Origin: Nostoc sp.
GTDB lineage: Bacteria > Cyanobacteriota > Cyanobacteriia > Cyanobacteriales > Nostocaceae
Reading direction: 5' to 3'
Assembly (NCBI GenBank): GCA_036918135.1
Contig: JBALDB010000056.1
Span: 224,001-288,000 of the forward strand
Length of the DNA: 64,000 bases
Shown: positions 49,560 to 61,076 of the stretch, piece after piece
How positions within the stretch are numbered: the stretch's first letter is position 1
Layout: the number at the start of each line of letters is the position of its first letter
Notes under the pieces: model-generated
What the model saw: the letters and a program-made list of their open reading frames with translations, nothing else
Told to the model about the DNA's origin: nothing
The model's database searches: none
Translations under genes and position numbers: made by a program

Positions 49560-52499
49560 ATGAAACAACGCTTTTATATCTTATGGGGTGCTTGTGGTAT
49601 CTCCTTGTGTTTGATGGCTGCGACTACTAATGTCCAAGCTCAATCTATCCAGACAGATGGAACTACCCCAACCACACCAGGTACATGCACTGGAAGTTGT
49701 AATATTGGGGGTGGAATTCAGCGTGGTAGCAATCTTTTTCACAGTTTTTCTGAATTTAATGTGGGTCGAGGAGCAACAGTTTTGTTCCTCGACCCAGGAG
49801 TCACGAATATTCTGACTCGAGTAACAGGAAATCAACCCTCTAACATTCTTGGGACACTAGGTGTATCAGGGGGTAATGCCAACCTATTTTTCATAAATCC
49901 AAATGGGATTATCTTTGGCCCAGATGCCAAATTGGATGTTCGGGGGTCATTTGTAGGGACTACAGCTAATGCTATTCAATTTGGTAATCAGGGTTTTTTT
50001 AGGGCTTCTGCTTCTGAAGTTCCATTACTGACAGTCAATCCTTCAGCTTTGTTCTATCAAAGTCCTAACGCAGTAATCCAGAACATTTCAATTCAAGGAG
50101 CAGGATTAGATTCAAATAACTTAAATATATCGAAACTCACAGTTCCTGATGGACGGAGTTTGTTATTAGTTGGTGGAGAAGTGAACTTAGACGCAGAAGA
50201 ATTAGATGCTTTTGGCGGTCGAGTCGAATTAGGAGGATTAGCTGAACCTGGAGTAATCGGATTAGATGTTGATAACAACAATTTCCGTTTAAGTTTTCCG
50301 GAAAATACTGCATTAGCAGATGTATCAATAACCAATCAAGCTAAAGTTGATGTTACTGCTAATGGTGGCGGTAATATCACAATCAATGCAAGAAATATAG
50401 GCATTTCCGGAAATCAAACTAGGCTTCTTAGCGGTATTAGACGAGGAATAGCTAGCGGTCAAGCTGGAGATATTACACTCAATGCCACAGGAGCATTAAC
50501 TCTTACAGACGGTAGTAGAATCCTCAACAGAGTGAGATCTGGAGGACAAGGCAATAGTGGCAACATTAATATTAAGGCTGGATCGCTCTCTTTAGTTAAT
50601 GGTAGTAAAGTACAAGCCCTCACTTATGGCAAAGGAAATGCTGGCGACGTAAACATTGATGTTCGCAATGGAGCTGTTACAGTTGTCAGTGACCTTGTGA
50701 CTAAGGGTGGCGACCTTGAGGACGATGATAAAGTTTCTCGGATCGATAGCAGTGTGCAAAAAAGCACTCTACCAGCAGAAGAAGAAAAAGGTAACGGTGG
50801 TAACGTCAAAATTATAGCTAGAGAACTTTATATAAAGAATGGAGGTTTGATCAATACCGGAACCTTTGGACAAGGAAATGCTGGAAACATATTGATAGAG
50901 GTTTCGGATCTTGTCTCTCTCGAAGCCGCAGTAGGCAGTGGAATTTTTAACAATGTGTCAGATGGAGCAGTAGGTAATGGTGGTGAAATTAATATTACGA
51001 CGCGATCGCTCTCCTTAAGTAGCGGATCTCAAATAGGTGCTTCTGTTATCAGTGAAAAACAAAACCTCGATGGATCGAAAACTCCCGGAGGTCGGGGAAA
51101 TGCTGGAAATATCACAATCAATGCCTCTGATTCTGTGACTATTTCAGGTACTAGTTCTCAAACGGGTTTTTCTAGTGGCTTACTTGCGGCTACCGAGACA
51201 GGTGCAGAAGGTCGAGCAGGCGATATTACCATTAATACGTCAGCCTTTAGTATTGCAAATGGTGGTGTTGTGAATACCCAAACTCTCAATCAGAGTAATG
51301 CAGGTAACATTACCATTAACGCGACTACCTTTGAAGCTACTAATGGTGGACAAATTATTACCACTGCCGGCAGTTCTGGAAATGCAGGTAATATTACCGT
51401 TAAAGCTACTGACAGAATCACACTTTCTGGAAGCGACCCCACCTTTGCTGAGCGAAAGGCCAAATTTAACAATAATGTCCAAAATGAAGGAACTGCTAGT
51501 GGTTTATTTGCCAGTACCCGCCCTGACTCTACAGGGTTAGGAGGAAATATAACAATTGAAACTAGACAATTCAATGTCCAAGATTCAGCTCAAGTCAGCG
51601 TTAGTAGTCAAGGAAAAGGGGATGCAGGCAATATTGATATAAATGCACACAGCCTCAGTCTCGACAACCAAGGAAAACTCACTTCCAATACTCAATCAGG
51701 TAAGGGTGGAAATATTACCCTCGAAGTGCAGGACTTATTACTGATGCGTCGCAATAGCCAAATATCTACCAATGCGGGTCAGGCAGGATTTGATGGCAAT
51801 GCAGGTAATATCAAAATTTATGCACCTAATGGTTTTATTGTTGCCACTCCCTTAGAAAATAATGATATTACTGCCAATGCCTTCTCTGGAAGTGGTGGTA
51901 ATATTTCAATCACCACTAAGAACATCTTTGGCTTCGTGCAGCGCAGTGGTCGAGACATAGAGAGGCTCGATCCAGACGGACGCAATCCAAATAACGTCCC
52001 AACCAGCGATATTACATCATTTACTCAGGAAAACCCTTCATTAAATGGCACAGTACAAATCAACTCGCCAGATGTTGACCCCAGCAAAGGATTAACGGAA
52101 CTACCTGTAAATGTAGTTAATGCCTCAGGGCAAATTGTTGCTGAATGCAATGCTAGTGGAAAATCCAGAGGGAATTCATTTTCAGTTATGGGACGTGGCG
52201 GAGTACCATCCAATCCCGTAGAACCATTGACAGCTGAACCGATGTTAGTAGATTGGATAGCGTTAGAACCGAAGGCAAAAAATACTGTTGATGGTGTCCA
52301 AAACAGAGTTGTTATTTCAAAACAGAGAAATACAGAACATCCTTTAGAGAAAGTCAATTCTGTAGAGCAACCTACTCAAATTGTAGAAGCCCAAGGCTGG
52401 GTAGTTGATGCCAATGGTAATGTGGTTCTAGTTGCTCAAAGACCAAGTGGGACACCTCATAACTTAGCCCTTGCATCTGGTTCTTGTGTTGTGAAATAA
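49560..52499 (+). CDS. Filamentous-haemagglutinin N-terminal (TPS) domain protein
   Basis: NLFHSFSEFNV, NPNGIIFG, repeated GNAGNITIN beta-helix units and the cyanobacterial EAQGWV C-terminus. Confidence 0.92.
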   Translation: MKQRFYILWGACGISLCLMAATTNVQAQSIQTDGTTPTTPGTCTGSCNIGGGIQRGSNLFHSFSEFNVGRGATVLFLDPGVTNILTRVTGNQPSNILGTLGVSGGNANLFFINPNGIIFGPDAKLDVRGSFVGTTANAIQFGNQGFFRASASEVPLLTVNPSALFYQSPNAVIQNISIQGAGLDSNNLNISKLTVPDGRSLLLVGGEVNLDAEELDAFGGRVELGGLAEPGVIGLDVDNNNFRLSFPENTALADVSITNQAKVDVTANGGGNITINARNIGISGNQTRLLSGIRRGIASGQAGDITLNATGALTLTDGSRILNRVRSGGQGNSGNINIKAGSLSLVNGSKVQALTYGKGNAGDVNIDVRNGAVTVVSDLVTKGGDLEDDDKVSRIDSSVQKSTLPAEEEKGNGGNVKIIARELYIKNGGLINTGTFGQGNAGNILIEVSDLVSLEAAVGSGIFNNVSDGAVGNGGEINITTRSLSLSSGSQIGASVISEKQNLDGSKTPGGRGNAGNITINASDSVTISGTSSQTGFSSGLLAATETGAEGRAGDITINTSAFSIANGGVVNTQTLNQSNAGNITINATTFEATNGGQIITTAGSSGNAGNITVKATDRITLSGSDPTFAERKAKFNNNVQNEGTASGLFASTRPDSTGLGGNITIETRQFNVQDSAQVSVSSQGKGDAGNIDINAHSLSLDNQGKLTSNTQSGKGGNITLEVQDLLLMRRNSQISTNAGQAGFDGNAGNIKIYAPNGFIVATPLENNDITANAFSGSGGNISITTKNIFGFVQRSGRDIERLDPDGRNPNNVPTSDITSFTQENPSLNGTVQINSPDVDPSKGLTELPVNVVNASGQIVAECNASGKSRGNSFSVMGRGGVPSNPVEPLTAEPMLVDWIALEPKAKNTVDGVQNRVVISKQRNTEHPLEKVNSVEQPTQIVEAQGWVVDANGNVVLVAQRPSGTPHNLALASGSCVVK

Positions 52500-52745
52500 A
52501 CGTGGGTTCGACAGGTCGTAATTATATCCGCCTAATTGGTCGAATCAAAACACCTCTCCCTAAGGTTAGATTTGGCGTTAGTTTTTGCAGATGACATAAT
52601 AAGTCAGCAAGAATAGAGGTACAAATGATACTCGTACGGTAATTTTCCAATCTAGGAAATTAGTGAACCTAATATACAGAACAAAGTATAGTTTGTATAG
52701 TCAGCTTTGTAATAAAATTTTAGTTTTAGATTGGAGACTTAAAAG

Positions 52746-53084
52746 ATGTCTAGTGATACTCACATAGTTGCTTACGTTCAAGAAAGCGAATTTGATGTTG
52801 TTTTAAATGGAAGTGAAGAGCAAGTTGTTGTTGTTGACTTTACTGCTAGTTGGTGTGGTCCCTGTCGCCTGATTGCTCCGTTAATGGAGCAACTCGCCGA
52901 GGAATACAAAGGTCGTGCTAAAGTCGTTAAGGTAGACGTTGACAGCAACAAACCAATCTTCAAACAATTTGGTCTTCGCAGCATTCCAGCAGTTTTATTT
53001 TTCAAAGATGGTGTTTTAGCAGAGACTATCGTAGGAGTTTCTCCCTACGAGCAGTTCACCAATGCTATTGACAAGCTTCTTTAG
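52746..53084 (+). CDS. Thioredoxin
   Basis: WCGPC active site and cis-Pro motif RSIP. Confidence 0.95.
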   Translation: MSSDTHIVAYVQESEFDVVLNGSEEQVVVVDFTASWCGPCRLIAPLMEQLAEEYKGRAKVVKVDVDSNKPIFKQFGLRSIPAVLFFKDGVLAETIVGVSPYEQFTNAIDKLL

Positions 53085-53215
53085 TTAATTATGTAATTCG
53101 TAATTCGTTATTAAAAAGGGTTTGATTGCTCTGAGGTCATTCAGCCTACTAGAAATTATGCTCGGTAGTCCGCCCAGAGCGAGTAGATAATACTGATACC
53201 ACTCTCAATCCCAAT

Positions 53216-53244
53216 GCGTAGGCCTAGCCCGTCGTAGACATCGC
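53216..53244 (-). repeat. 21-nt small dispersed repeat inserted in a HIP1 site
   Basis: Minus strand GCGAT-[GTCTACGACGGGCTAGGCCTA]-CGC. Degenerate copies lie at 21233, 21673, 25966 and 26323. Confidence 0.8.
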
Positions 53245-53362
53245 CTAAATTTATTTTAATATCCTCCGTTAACCCCCCAGTACTTCGACATGGGAAGGCG
53301 AACTACGTCGTGGTTAGAGAACTCTTAGCCAAGACAATTGTTAGAAAGATAGTTTTGAACGT

Positions 53363-54133
53363 ATGAAAATTGATTTTGGTGCAACTGCTGTTGATTATGC
53401 AAAACACCGCGCTGGTTTTCCCAGTTCATTATTTAACAAATTGTCTGAATATGGTATAGGTTTACCAGGGCAAAGCATTGTTGACTTGGGCACAGGAACG
53501 GGAACACTAGCGCGGGGTTTTGCGGATAGAGGAGCTTATGTGATTGGTATCGACCCATCAGTGTCACTTCTAGAACAAGCTAGACAGTTAAGCGAATCTG
53601 CCCAAATCAAAGTAGATTATCGAGTTGCAACTGCCGAAAAGACCGAGTTACCAGATGCAAGTGCTGATGTAGTCACCGCCGGACAGTGTTGGCATTGGTT
53701 TGACCGTCCGCGTGCTGTCAAAGAAATCACTCGCATATTAAGAGCGAATGGTTTAATTGCGATCGCTCATTTTGATTGGATACCTTTAAAAGGTAATGTC
53801 GTTGAAGCAACAGAAAAACTGATAGAAGCTCATAATCCAGCCTGGAAACTGGGCGGTGGTAATGGATTGTATCCTTTGTGGTTACAAGATATTGGAGAAG
53901 CAGGATTTCGAGATATCCGCACATTTTCTTACGATGTATTTGTATCTTATACACACGAAGCTTGGCGGGGACGAATTCGTGCGAGTGCGGGTGTGGGAGC
54001 CAGTTTAACACCAGAAAAAGTAGAACTATTTGACCAGGAATTGGCAGTATTACTGGAAGCAAAATATCCTACACCAATTCTGCAAGTTCATCATCGAGTG
54101 TGGGCGGCGATCGCTAAATCACCACAGCCTTAG
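53363..54133 (+). CDS. Class I SAM-dependent methyltransferase
   Basis: VDLGTGTG and AGQCWHWFD. Confidence 0.92.
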   Translation: MKIDFGATAVDYAKHRAGFPSSLFNKLSEYGIGLPGQSIVDLGTGTGTLARGFADRGAYVIGIDPSVSLLEQARQLSESAQIKVDYRVATAEKTELPDASADVVTAGQCWHWFDRPRAVKEITRILRANGLIAIAHFDWIPLKGNVVEATEKLIEAHNPAWKLGGGNGLYPLWLQDIGEAGFRDIRTFSYDVFVSYTHEAWRGRIRASAGVGASLTPEKVELFDQELAVLLEAKYPTPILQVHHRVWAAIAKSPQP

Positions 54134-54293
54134 TAGATTTTTCGTGAAAACAACTGTAGCAGTAGTCACACCCTTTAGGACAGAATGACAAGCGTGAAAG
54201 CTAGGAATAGTAATGTTTTTACCTCCTGCCCCCTGCCCTCTGCCGAGGCTCGCGGACTCGCTAACGCTGCGCTATCCTGCCTCCTGCTATAAC

Positions 54294-55124
54294 TTATGGT
54301 TTGCGGCCTACAGTCAACATCACAGGAGAAGGAATTTCAATCCCATCATCTGTAGCGTACTTCTTTGCTCCCTCGATAATTGCGTTCTCGATATCGTGGT
54401 GTTGCTGTCCGGTTTGCATTGAGAGTATCGACCCAAGGCGTGCCGAACTTGCAATAATCGTTGGCATCACATCCTCTGGTCTAGAAAAAGTCCAGTTTAT
54501 AGGCAATTCAGTGACAGACACCGATATGAATCCGCTGGCACTCAAGATCTTTTTGCACTCGTTTGGGTCGCCGAAACGAAATAGCGGTGGCGCTGGAGGT
54601 AGATCCACATCAATCGTGCCATAAGTCTGCACTGTTCCCAGAATCAAGGCCATGAAAGGATTGTGTGCTGGTGGTGTCCAGCAAGTGAAGGCATAGTAGC
54701 CTCCGGGTTTGAGGACTCGCAAGGACTCAGCGATCGCTTTCTCCGGTTCTGGGAAATGGAGAATACCAAAGTTACATACTACCGCCTCAAACTCATCAAA
54801 CTCGAAGGGAAGATTCTCAGCGTCTCCTACCCAAAATTCAGCTTCCGGACATCGCGATCGGGCAATGACCAACATATTCTCGGTATAGTCTAAGCCAGTA
54901 ACTATAGCCCCACGTTTGACTGCATCAGCACTGAGCCAACCGGTGCCGCAGGCGACATCCAGCAATCGCATACCAGCTCTGGCTTCTACGCCATCCAATA
55001 TGGCTTGATTGACCTGAGACGTTACCTGAGCGATCGCTCCATCGTATCCTTGTGCGACCTTAGAGAATCCGTCACGCTCAAACTGCTTAAATGCCTCGCG
55101 ATTGATCGGAGGGTCATTAGTCAT
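54294..55124 (-). CDS. Class I SAM-dependent methyltransferase (UbiE-like)
   Basis: LDVACGTG, GDAENLPF and RVLKPGG. Confidence 0.92.
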   Translation of the reverse strand: MTNDPPINREAFKQFERDGFSKVAQGYDGAIAQVTSQVNQAILDGVEARAGMRLLDVACGTGWLSADAVKRGAIVTGLDYTENMLVIARSRCPEAEFWVGDAENLPFEFDEFEAVVCNFGILHFPEPEKAIAESLRVLKPGGYYAFTCWTPPAHNPFMALILGTVQTYGTIDVDLPPAPPLFRFGDPNECKKILSASGFISVSVTELPINWTFSRPEDVMPTIIASSARLGSILSMQTGQQHHDIENAIIEGAKKYATDDGIEIPSPVMLTVGRKP

Positions 55125-55259
55125 TTTTTAGCTCCTTTCCTCTACGAAAAAATATAGCACCTCCGTAAGTCCTATATTCTTGTAAGAAAGAAACAGTCTC
55201 AGCTAAATAGCCTGACGCTCCTATAACCAATTCAGATGTAGAAAGGCGATCGACTAAAT

Positions 55260-55730
55260 TTAACCATTAGAGAATAAAACCGGAGAATCGAGAATTTTCA
55301 ACTGGATTAATAGCAAAATCAACAGAGTATAAGCGGTTGAAGAAATTAGACCCGTAAATAACTCTTTTTTCAGGTTATGCTTTTTGGGTTCTTTTTGAAA
55401 TATCTCCTGAGAACCAAATTGCATCAACAGAATTCCTACAATATTAGAGAGCCAGTACCCGATAATAGAACAAGGTAAAAGTAATTTTGGGAAAAATAAA
55501 CTACATCCATACCCAAAAGCATAAGCTATTGGCAGATTAAAAATTAAGTCATTCCACCAACACAGTGGAGACAATAAATATCCTAGTACCAGAAAGAATC
55601 CACCTCTAAGTTTTTTGAAAATGTCTTTTTTCAACTCGTGTGAAATAGTTGGCTCTAACTGCTCAGTCATTGTCTGGTTTTCGAGGCTCAACTGTTGACT
55701 TACTTTCTGGACGCTTTGCATAAAAACCAC
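55260..55730 (-). CDS. Conserved hypothetical membrane protein
   Basis: GYLLSPLCWWNDLIFNLPIAY motif and several TM segments. The true start may be downstream. Confidence 0.75.
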   Translation of the reverse strand: MVFMQSVQKVSQQLSLENQTMTEQLEPTISHELKKDIFKKLRGGFFLVLGYLLSPLCWWNDLIFNLPIAYAFGYGCSLFFPKLLLPCSIIGYWLSNIVGILLMQFGSQEIFQKEPKKHNLKKELFTGLISSTAYTLLILLLIQLKILDSPVLFSNG

Positions 55731-55983
55731 TAATCCTATCTGCTTAGTGTAGTTTAAACTAAAAACTAGAGCAACGTCTACTATACAAGCGACATAATTT
55801 TAGGTTTTTGACACTAAAAGTTCTACCAATGGATAGTTGCAGCAAAATATGTCATTGGTCATTAGTCACTTGTCATTTGTCATTGTCTCCTCATCTTCCT
55901 AATCTCCTCCATACATGTAGCTGTTGGAGAAAATTTAAATAATAATAGCTACAATAAAGCTACTGAAGTATTTGAATAGGAAA

Positions 55984-56256
55984 ATGACAGATTTAACTGC
56001 AAATAACACATTTGTCATCGCAGGGATTGTGTTTATAACGATTGCTGTGATTGGGCAATCTAAATTAGCTTTTATTGAAATTAATCCAGGTTTTTTTGGC
56101 AGATTCCTAGCTTTAATTATTGGTGTTTCGAGCTTATTATATGCTGCGGGATTATTAAATTTTTCAATTGGAACTCTTGATTCCTTAAGAACTTATCTGC
56201 CAGAACTAATTCAACAGAGTGTAAGCTCAATTAATGAAATTTTACAAGGTTCATAA
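55984..56256 (+). CDS. Small hypothetical membrane protein
   Basis: Two hydrophobic helices; ATG at 55984 after AGGAA. Confidence 0.55.
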   Translation: MTDLTANNTFVIAGIVFITIAVIGQSKLAFIEINPGFFGRFLALIIGVSSLLYAAGLLNFSIGTLDSLRTYLPELIQQSVSSINEILQGS

Positions 56257-56342
56257 TAGTTGGCATTGAATTTTGTGTAAATTTTAATACCTTTCGGTTA
56301 AGGGTAAAAGTGTCAATTTCCCCCTTAACCATTGAAAATAAA

Positions 56343-56900
56343 TTAATAATATGCTCCGAGAAGGCTGTAAGTCAGACTAGCTAGTACTAATAAGGTAATA
56401 ATCACATAAATAAATTCTCGCTTGAGCAGAAATGCAAATAGAGAAATGACTACCCGTAAAATTGGAGTAGCAATTAATAGTAATAGTCCCAGTTGAATAA
56501 TACCGCGATCGCTACCTGATAAAACAGCTTTCACTACACCTCTTGGCGAGCGAAATTGCGATGGTTCTCCCTGAAAAAAGCGATATTTAGCAGGTTCAGC
56601 ACCATGATGAATTAAGTAGAGGATACCTCCCAATAAAACTACAGCACTAGCCATCAAAACACCATACTTAAGTAGGTTACTAAGCAAATATTCTAATTGT
56701 TGCTCGCTTGATGTTTCTGTTTCATTCTTGTTAGTATCAATCTCAGAGCTATTCGGCAATTGTGCTGCTGTACTAACTTGCTGTTCTTCCAACTTCTCAA
56801 TATCAGAGTGTGAATTTTCTGGTGGTAAGGTTAGTGCAATTGCTTTACTCTCTGACTGTGCCGATGATATCCAGCGGAAACCAGTATTTAACTTATACAT
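56343..56900 (-). CDS. DUF1634-like membrane protein
   Basis: IIQLGLLLLIATPILRV motif; directly downstream of the TauE gene. Confidence 0.82.
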   Translation of the reverse strand: MYKLNTGFRWISSAQSESKAIALTLPPENSHSDIEKLEEQQVSTAAQLPNSSEIDTNKNETETSSEQQLEYLLSNLLKYGVLMASAVVLLGGILYLIHHGAEPAKYRFFQGEPSQFRSPRGVVKAVLSGSDRGIIQLGLLLLIATPILRVVISLFAFLLKREFIYVIITLLVLASLTYSLLGAYY

Positions 56901-56901
56901 T

Positions 56902-57738
56902 TTACAGCCCCCCTATTAAATTGTTGTAAACCATCTTTAAAGCCATTATTACTAGCACAAGGCTGAAAATAATTCTTAAAATCTGTGTTTGAGTCCCTGC
57001 AAGAACTCGTGCGCCCAAAAAAGCACCAGGTAATACTCCCAACATTACCGGCATCGATAGTCCCGGATCGATGTAGCCTCGTGCTAAGTAAACTCCAGCT
57101 GAAGCTGCTGCTGTCACACCGATCATAAAATTGCTAGTGGTGGTAGAAACTTTAAAGGGTAGGCGCATAGCTTGATCCATTGCTAACACCTTAAATCCGC
57201 CAGAACCAATACCCAGCAATCCAGAAAGCACCCCAGCTAAAATCATCATAGTAAACCCCATTGGTACTGAATGAACTTGATAAGCCATTAGTCCATCAGG
57301 AGTTGGATAACTGTTATTTAGTTTTAGATAGTTTGCTAGGGGATCTCCTAGTTCATCTTCAGTATTTTCTATTCTTGGTCGTTGTGAAAGGTATGCTGAA
57401 TAAATCAGGACGATCGCTAATACAATAGTTAGCGCTTTCACAGACACAAAAGTAGCAATCACAGCTCCGGCGATCGCCCCAATAGTTGTGGCTACTTCTA
57501 AAAACATCCCTAATCGCAAATTGGTATAGCCTTTTTTAATATAAGTAGATGCTGCACCCAAAGAAGTAGCAATTACAGATACTAGAGAAGCGCCAACTGC
57601 ATATCGAAGATCGACACCAAATACTGAAGTTAGTAAAGGAACAATTACTACTCCACCCCCTAAGCCAGTTAATGCTCCTAAAAAGCCAGCACTAAATGAA
57701 CCAATCCAAACTAATAAAGAAAATTCTAAAATAGACAA
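56902..57738 (-). CDS. TauE/SafE (TSUP) family transporter
   Basis: GALTGLGGGVVIVP, SGLLGIGSG and STTTSNFMIGVT. Start uncertain by a codon or so. Confidence 0.9.
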   Translation of the reverse strand: MSILEFSLLVWIGSFSAGFLGALTGLGGGVVIVPLLTSVFGVDLRYAVGASLVSVIATSLGAASTYIKKGYTNLRLGMFLEVATTIGAIAGAVIATFVSVKALTIVLAIVLIYSAYLSQRPRIENTEDELGDPLANYLKLNNSYPTPDGLMAYQVHSVPMGFTMMILAGVLSGLLGIGSGGFKVLAMDQAMRLPFKVSTTTSNFMIGVTAAASAGVYLARGYIDPGLSMPVMLGVLPGAFLGARVLAGTQTQILRIIFSLVLVIMALKMVYNNLIGGL

Positions 57739-58370
57739 ATTTCATACCTCTTTTTTTATATGTATATCAAGATGCCAAAATATTTTTTGTATTATTTAAA
57801 ACTTAAATGGCAAGTTTGTTACTGTTGACAGGCTTAGTGGTTCAATTTTTAAGCAGATTCGGGAGTGTGGGGAGGTAGGGAGATGTGGTTCGACTTCTCT
57901 ACGAGACGCTACACGTAGCTTGTTTAAGAGCAGGGGTACGCTCACCAACCGGGAGATAATAGACACATACAGGAGCAGAGGGAAATAATTAGTAATCGAT
58001 ACCTAAGACTAATGACAAATGACCAATGACTAATGACAAAATCCACAAATCGTTGATTAACTTAGCTCAATTAAGGCTGTACATACTAGAAAACTAATAC
58101 TAATTTGCCAAAATACTGCTATAGGCGATCGTACTTTGATGCAAAAACAGCAAATCGTAACACTAATTGTTATCAATTCTTGAGCAAAGTACTCGTATTT
58201 TCCACAAATTTGCTGTATTGTAATTATTCTGTTAAATTGTTCAATACTCAATTTGCTCGCAGTATCTTATAGATCTGGCTAAACCTTCTTGAAAGGCTAC
58301 ATCAGACCCTCAAAGAATCGACTTTCTGATTCTCTTTTTTTATGACCACTTTTTCAAACCTTTAGCAAAT

Positions 58371-58655
58371 ATGAAAATCATCAAAAAATCTGAAAAGCTA
58401 ACCCTGAAGAAGATGAAAGAAATGGAAGAAGCTCAAGAGCAGACTCTTCAAGGTGAAACCGTTGATTTTTCTGAACCCCTGGTTGAAGAGAAACCAGTAA
58501 TCACCCCGGAGTATCCAGTAAGCATTGCGGAGTATAAAGAACCGGACTATGTTGCAGTGCGTGACAATCCTTTAGTTCAATCTGTTGGTAACTCAGGCTG
58601 GCAGCCTTCTGATATTTGGCGGGAAATCAGAGTAGATAGTTTTTATGATGGATAG
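58371..58655 (+). CDS. Hypothetical protein
   Basis: 94-aa acidic ORF; no family recognised. Confidence 0.55.
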   Translation: MKIIKKSEKLTLKKMKEMEEAQEQTLQGETVDFSEPLVEEKPVITPEYPVSIAEYKEPDYVAVRDNPLVQSVGNSGWQPSDIWREIRVDSFYDG

Positions 58656-58980
58656 AAGAGTGCTTTCAGGAGCAAACAACTGTGCAGCATTAAAAGCCAT
58701 ATATCAAAAATCCTTCTCGATGCTAACTTTTAAAAACGCTGCTTCTGCTTGATGGCAATTGCCAGTAATGCAGTCTGCAATATTTCATTAGTTTGTTGGT
58801 TGACATATTCTGTAAAGCCTGCATTTATCCATCGCTCTGAAGACTGGGGAGACGCTTTTACAGTGGCTCCTCCCTGTTAGGAGCAAATATGTTTAAAAAT
58901 CAAAGCGGATTACTGTAGTATTACAGCGCTATCCAAAAATCTCTTTGGTATAGAACTAGGAAACACCAGTTGGAGAATAG

Positions 58981-59862
58981 TCAAATTTTTAATTGCTGTT
59001 TCTGAGTCAAAGCCATTGCAATTCCTTTTTCGTAGTAAGCTGCCTCATTAATAAAAACAGGCCAAACAGTAGATTCCCCTTGATAAACGATTGTTTTGTT
59101 CTCAAAAGTAAGAAACATTGGATCTCCTGGATTTAGGGCTTGATAATCTTTATTTTGAAGCTCTGGATGAATCATGCCAAAAATCGTACCATCCTGTTTT
59201 TTGGGGTAATCTACAACAGATAAGTGGTGATAAAGAGTTAATGTTTCGTTGGTTAATGGAATTTCAGCTTGGTTAAATCGTTCCAAAAAGTCTAAAATTG
59301 CATGAATAAGTTCCTCAGTTTGTTGAAACAGCGTTGCTTTTAAAAGACCTTGGGCAATGGGGCCAACTTCGATCGCAAAGCCTAATTCACACAGAGAATT
59401 CAAAAATGGATTTTCTGCAATTGATTCAAAAGAGCAGCGATAAACCTTAACTAAAGGGTTAATTTCGCTCAAATAAGCAGCCAGCTTCAAGTTAAAAGGA
59501 TGAGCGTTTACCAAAATAATTGTCAGACCCATATTAGCTGTAGTGCTGTGCAAGTCTAAGAGAAAATCTGCTTGCTCTCCATTTAATGCTAGGCTCTTTT
59601 GAATTGATTTAGCTTGCAATTCTTCGTAACTTTTAAGAGTTGGATTTTGTAAATCTTGTCTGAGAAAACAGCGGTTTAAATCCTTTTCTAAATATCGCCT
59701 TCCGGCTGCAAAAGCCTGAGGATTTGCTAACAGAGTGACTGTTTCAAAACTTGGTCTAGTAATCAAGTCGGGAAACTGGGCAAATTTTTGGATTAGATAA
59801 GCCCCTGTAAACTCATTACCATGAGTTCCACCAACAATTGCAACTCGATTAATTCGGTTCAC
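58981..59862 (-). CDS. Aspartoacylase
   Basis: GGTHGNE, DLNRCF, DLHSTT and [10 protein letters not shown]. Confidence 0.92.
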   Translation of the reverse strand: MNRINRVAIVGGTHGNEFTGAYLIQKFAQFPDLITRPSFETVTLLANPQAFAAGRRYLEKDLNRCFLRQDLQNPTLKSYEELQAKSIQKSLALNGEQADFLLDLHSTTANMGLTIILVNAHPFNLKLAAYLSEINPLVKVYRCSFESIAENPFLNSLCELGFAIEVGPIAQGLLKATLFQQTEELIHAILDFLERFNQAEIPLTNETLTLYHHLSVVDYPKKQDGTIFGMIHPELQNKDYQALNPGDPMFLTFENKTIVYQGESTVWPVFINEAAYYEKGIAMALTQKQQLKI

Positions 59863-59917
59863 GATCGCACCAACTTTATTATGCAGCCATCGATGTATTT
59901 GTTTTCAATGCAACCGA

Positions 59918-60970
59918 TCAAGCATTCACTTTGCTGATGCGATCGCGACTATGTGGTTGATTAAGATAGGACATATCAGGGCCGTCAGGAATGATTCCAC
60001 CGGGATTGAGTGGGAATAAGTTACCGTAATAGTCGCGTTTGACAGATTCTACGTCGCAGGTGTCAGCAACACCTGAAAGCTGATATAAATCTCTCAAGTA
60101 AGCTCCCAAGTTTTGATAGTCTCGAATTCGTCGCCGATTACACTTAAACAAGCTGTAATAGACGCTATCAAAGCGAAATAAAGTAGTAAATAAACGCACA
60201 TCAGCCAGTGTGAGATTTTCCCCGCATAGATATCGACTAGTTTGCAATGCACTGTCAATCTCATCGAGAGTCGTAAACACTTCATTACAGGCTTGATTAT
60301 AGGCTTCTTGGCTTTGGGCAAAGCCGCAGCGATACACGCCGTTATTTACTGCGTGGTAAATCTTCTCATTCCACCAGTCAATTTTTTCTTTGAGTTCTTC
60401 TGGATAGAGATCCAATGTCGGATTTTTGGCGAACTCGTTAAATTGAGAGTTGAGCATCACAATAATTTCTGAACTCTCATTGTTAACAATGGTTTTTGTT
60501 TGCTCGTCCCATAGAATCGGAACTGTGAAGCGTCCACTGTAGCCCGGTTCTGCTCGTTGATAAAATTCAACTAGCGTGCGACAACCTTGTTCTTCTTCGT
60601 CGAATACCCAACCGCCTTCAATCGGCGAAGGAGAGACGATACATACTGATATTACCGCTTCCAGTTTTTTGAGCGATCGCACAACTAAAGTTCGGTGCGC
60701 CCAAGGACAACCCAACCCAACATAAAGTTTATAGCGTCCTGCTGCTGGTTGGTAAGGATTCCCTTCTTCGATGCCGATGAAGTTGCGAAACTGGCTACTA
60801 GGACGAATATACGCTCCCGACTTATTACTAGGAGCTAGCTTTGACATCATTATCCGCCAAAGGGTTGTCCAGACAAACATTCCCAGCCAAATAATCAGCT
60901 TTGGAGGCAGCGAGCGGCCTTTCTTTTTGGGGAGAGTTTTATTATCATCTATTGGAGTTGAGTTACTCAT
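59918..60970 (-). CDS. Glutathionyl-hydroquinone reductase-type glutathione S-transferase
   Basis: CPWAHR, TVPILWD, VNNES and NNGVYRCGFA. Probable start MSNSTP at 60970. Confidence 0.92.
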   Translation of the reverse strand: MSNSTPIDDNKTLPKKKGRSLPPKLIIWLGMFVWTTLWRIMMSKLAPSNKSGAYIRPSSQFRNFIGIEEGNPYQPAAGRYKLYVGLGCPWAHRTLVVRSLKKLEAVISVCIVSPSPIEGGWVFDEEEQGCRTLVEFYQRAEPGYSGRFTVPILWDEQTKTIVNNESSEIIVMLNSQFNEFAKNPTLDLYPEELKEKIDWWNEKIYHAVNNGVYRCGFAQSQEAYNQACNEVFTTLDEIDSALQTSRYLCGENLTLADVRLFTTLFRFDSVYYSLFKCNRRRIRDYQNLGAYLRDLYQLSGVADTCDVESVKRDYYGNLFPLNPGGIIPDGPDMSYLNQPHSRDRISKVNA

Positions 60971-61076
60971 GGCGACAATTTTGCTTTTAGCCCTGCTAAC
61001 TTTTCTTGGCAGACTACTAAAAATGCGAGCGGTCAATACAATTGTTACATTGTTTCTCATTGTTATTCTAGAGTTA

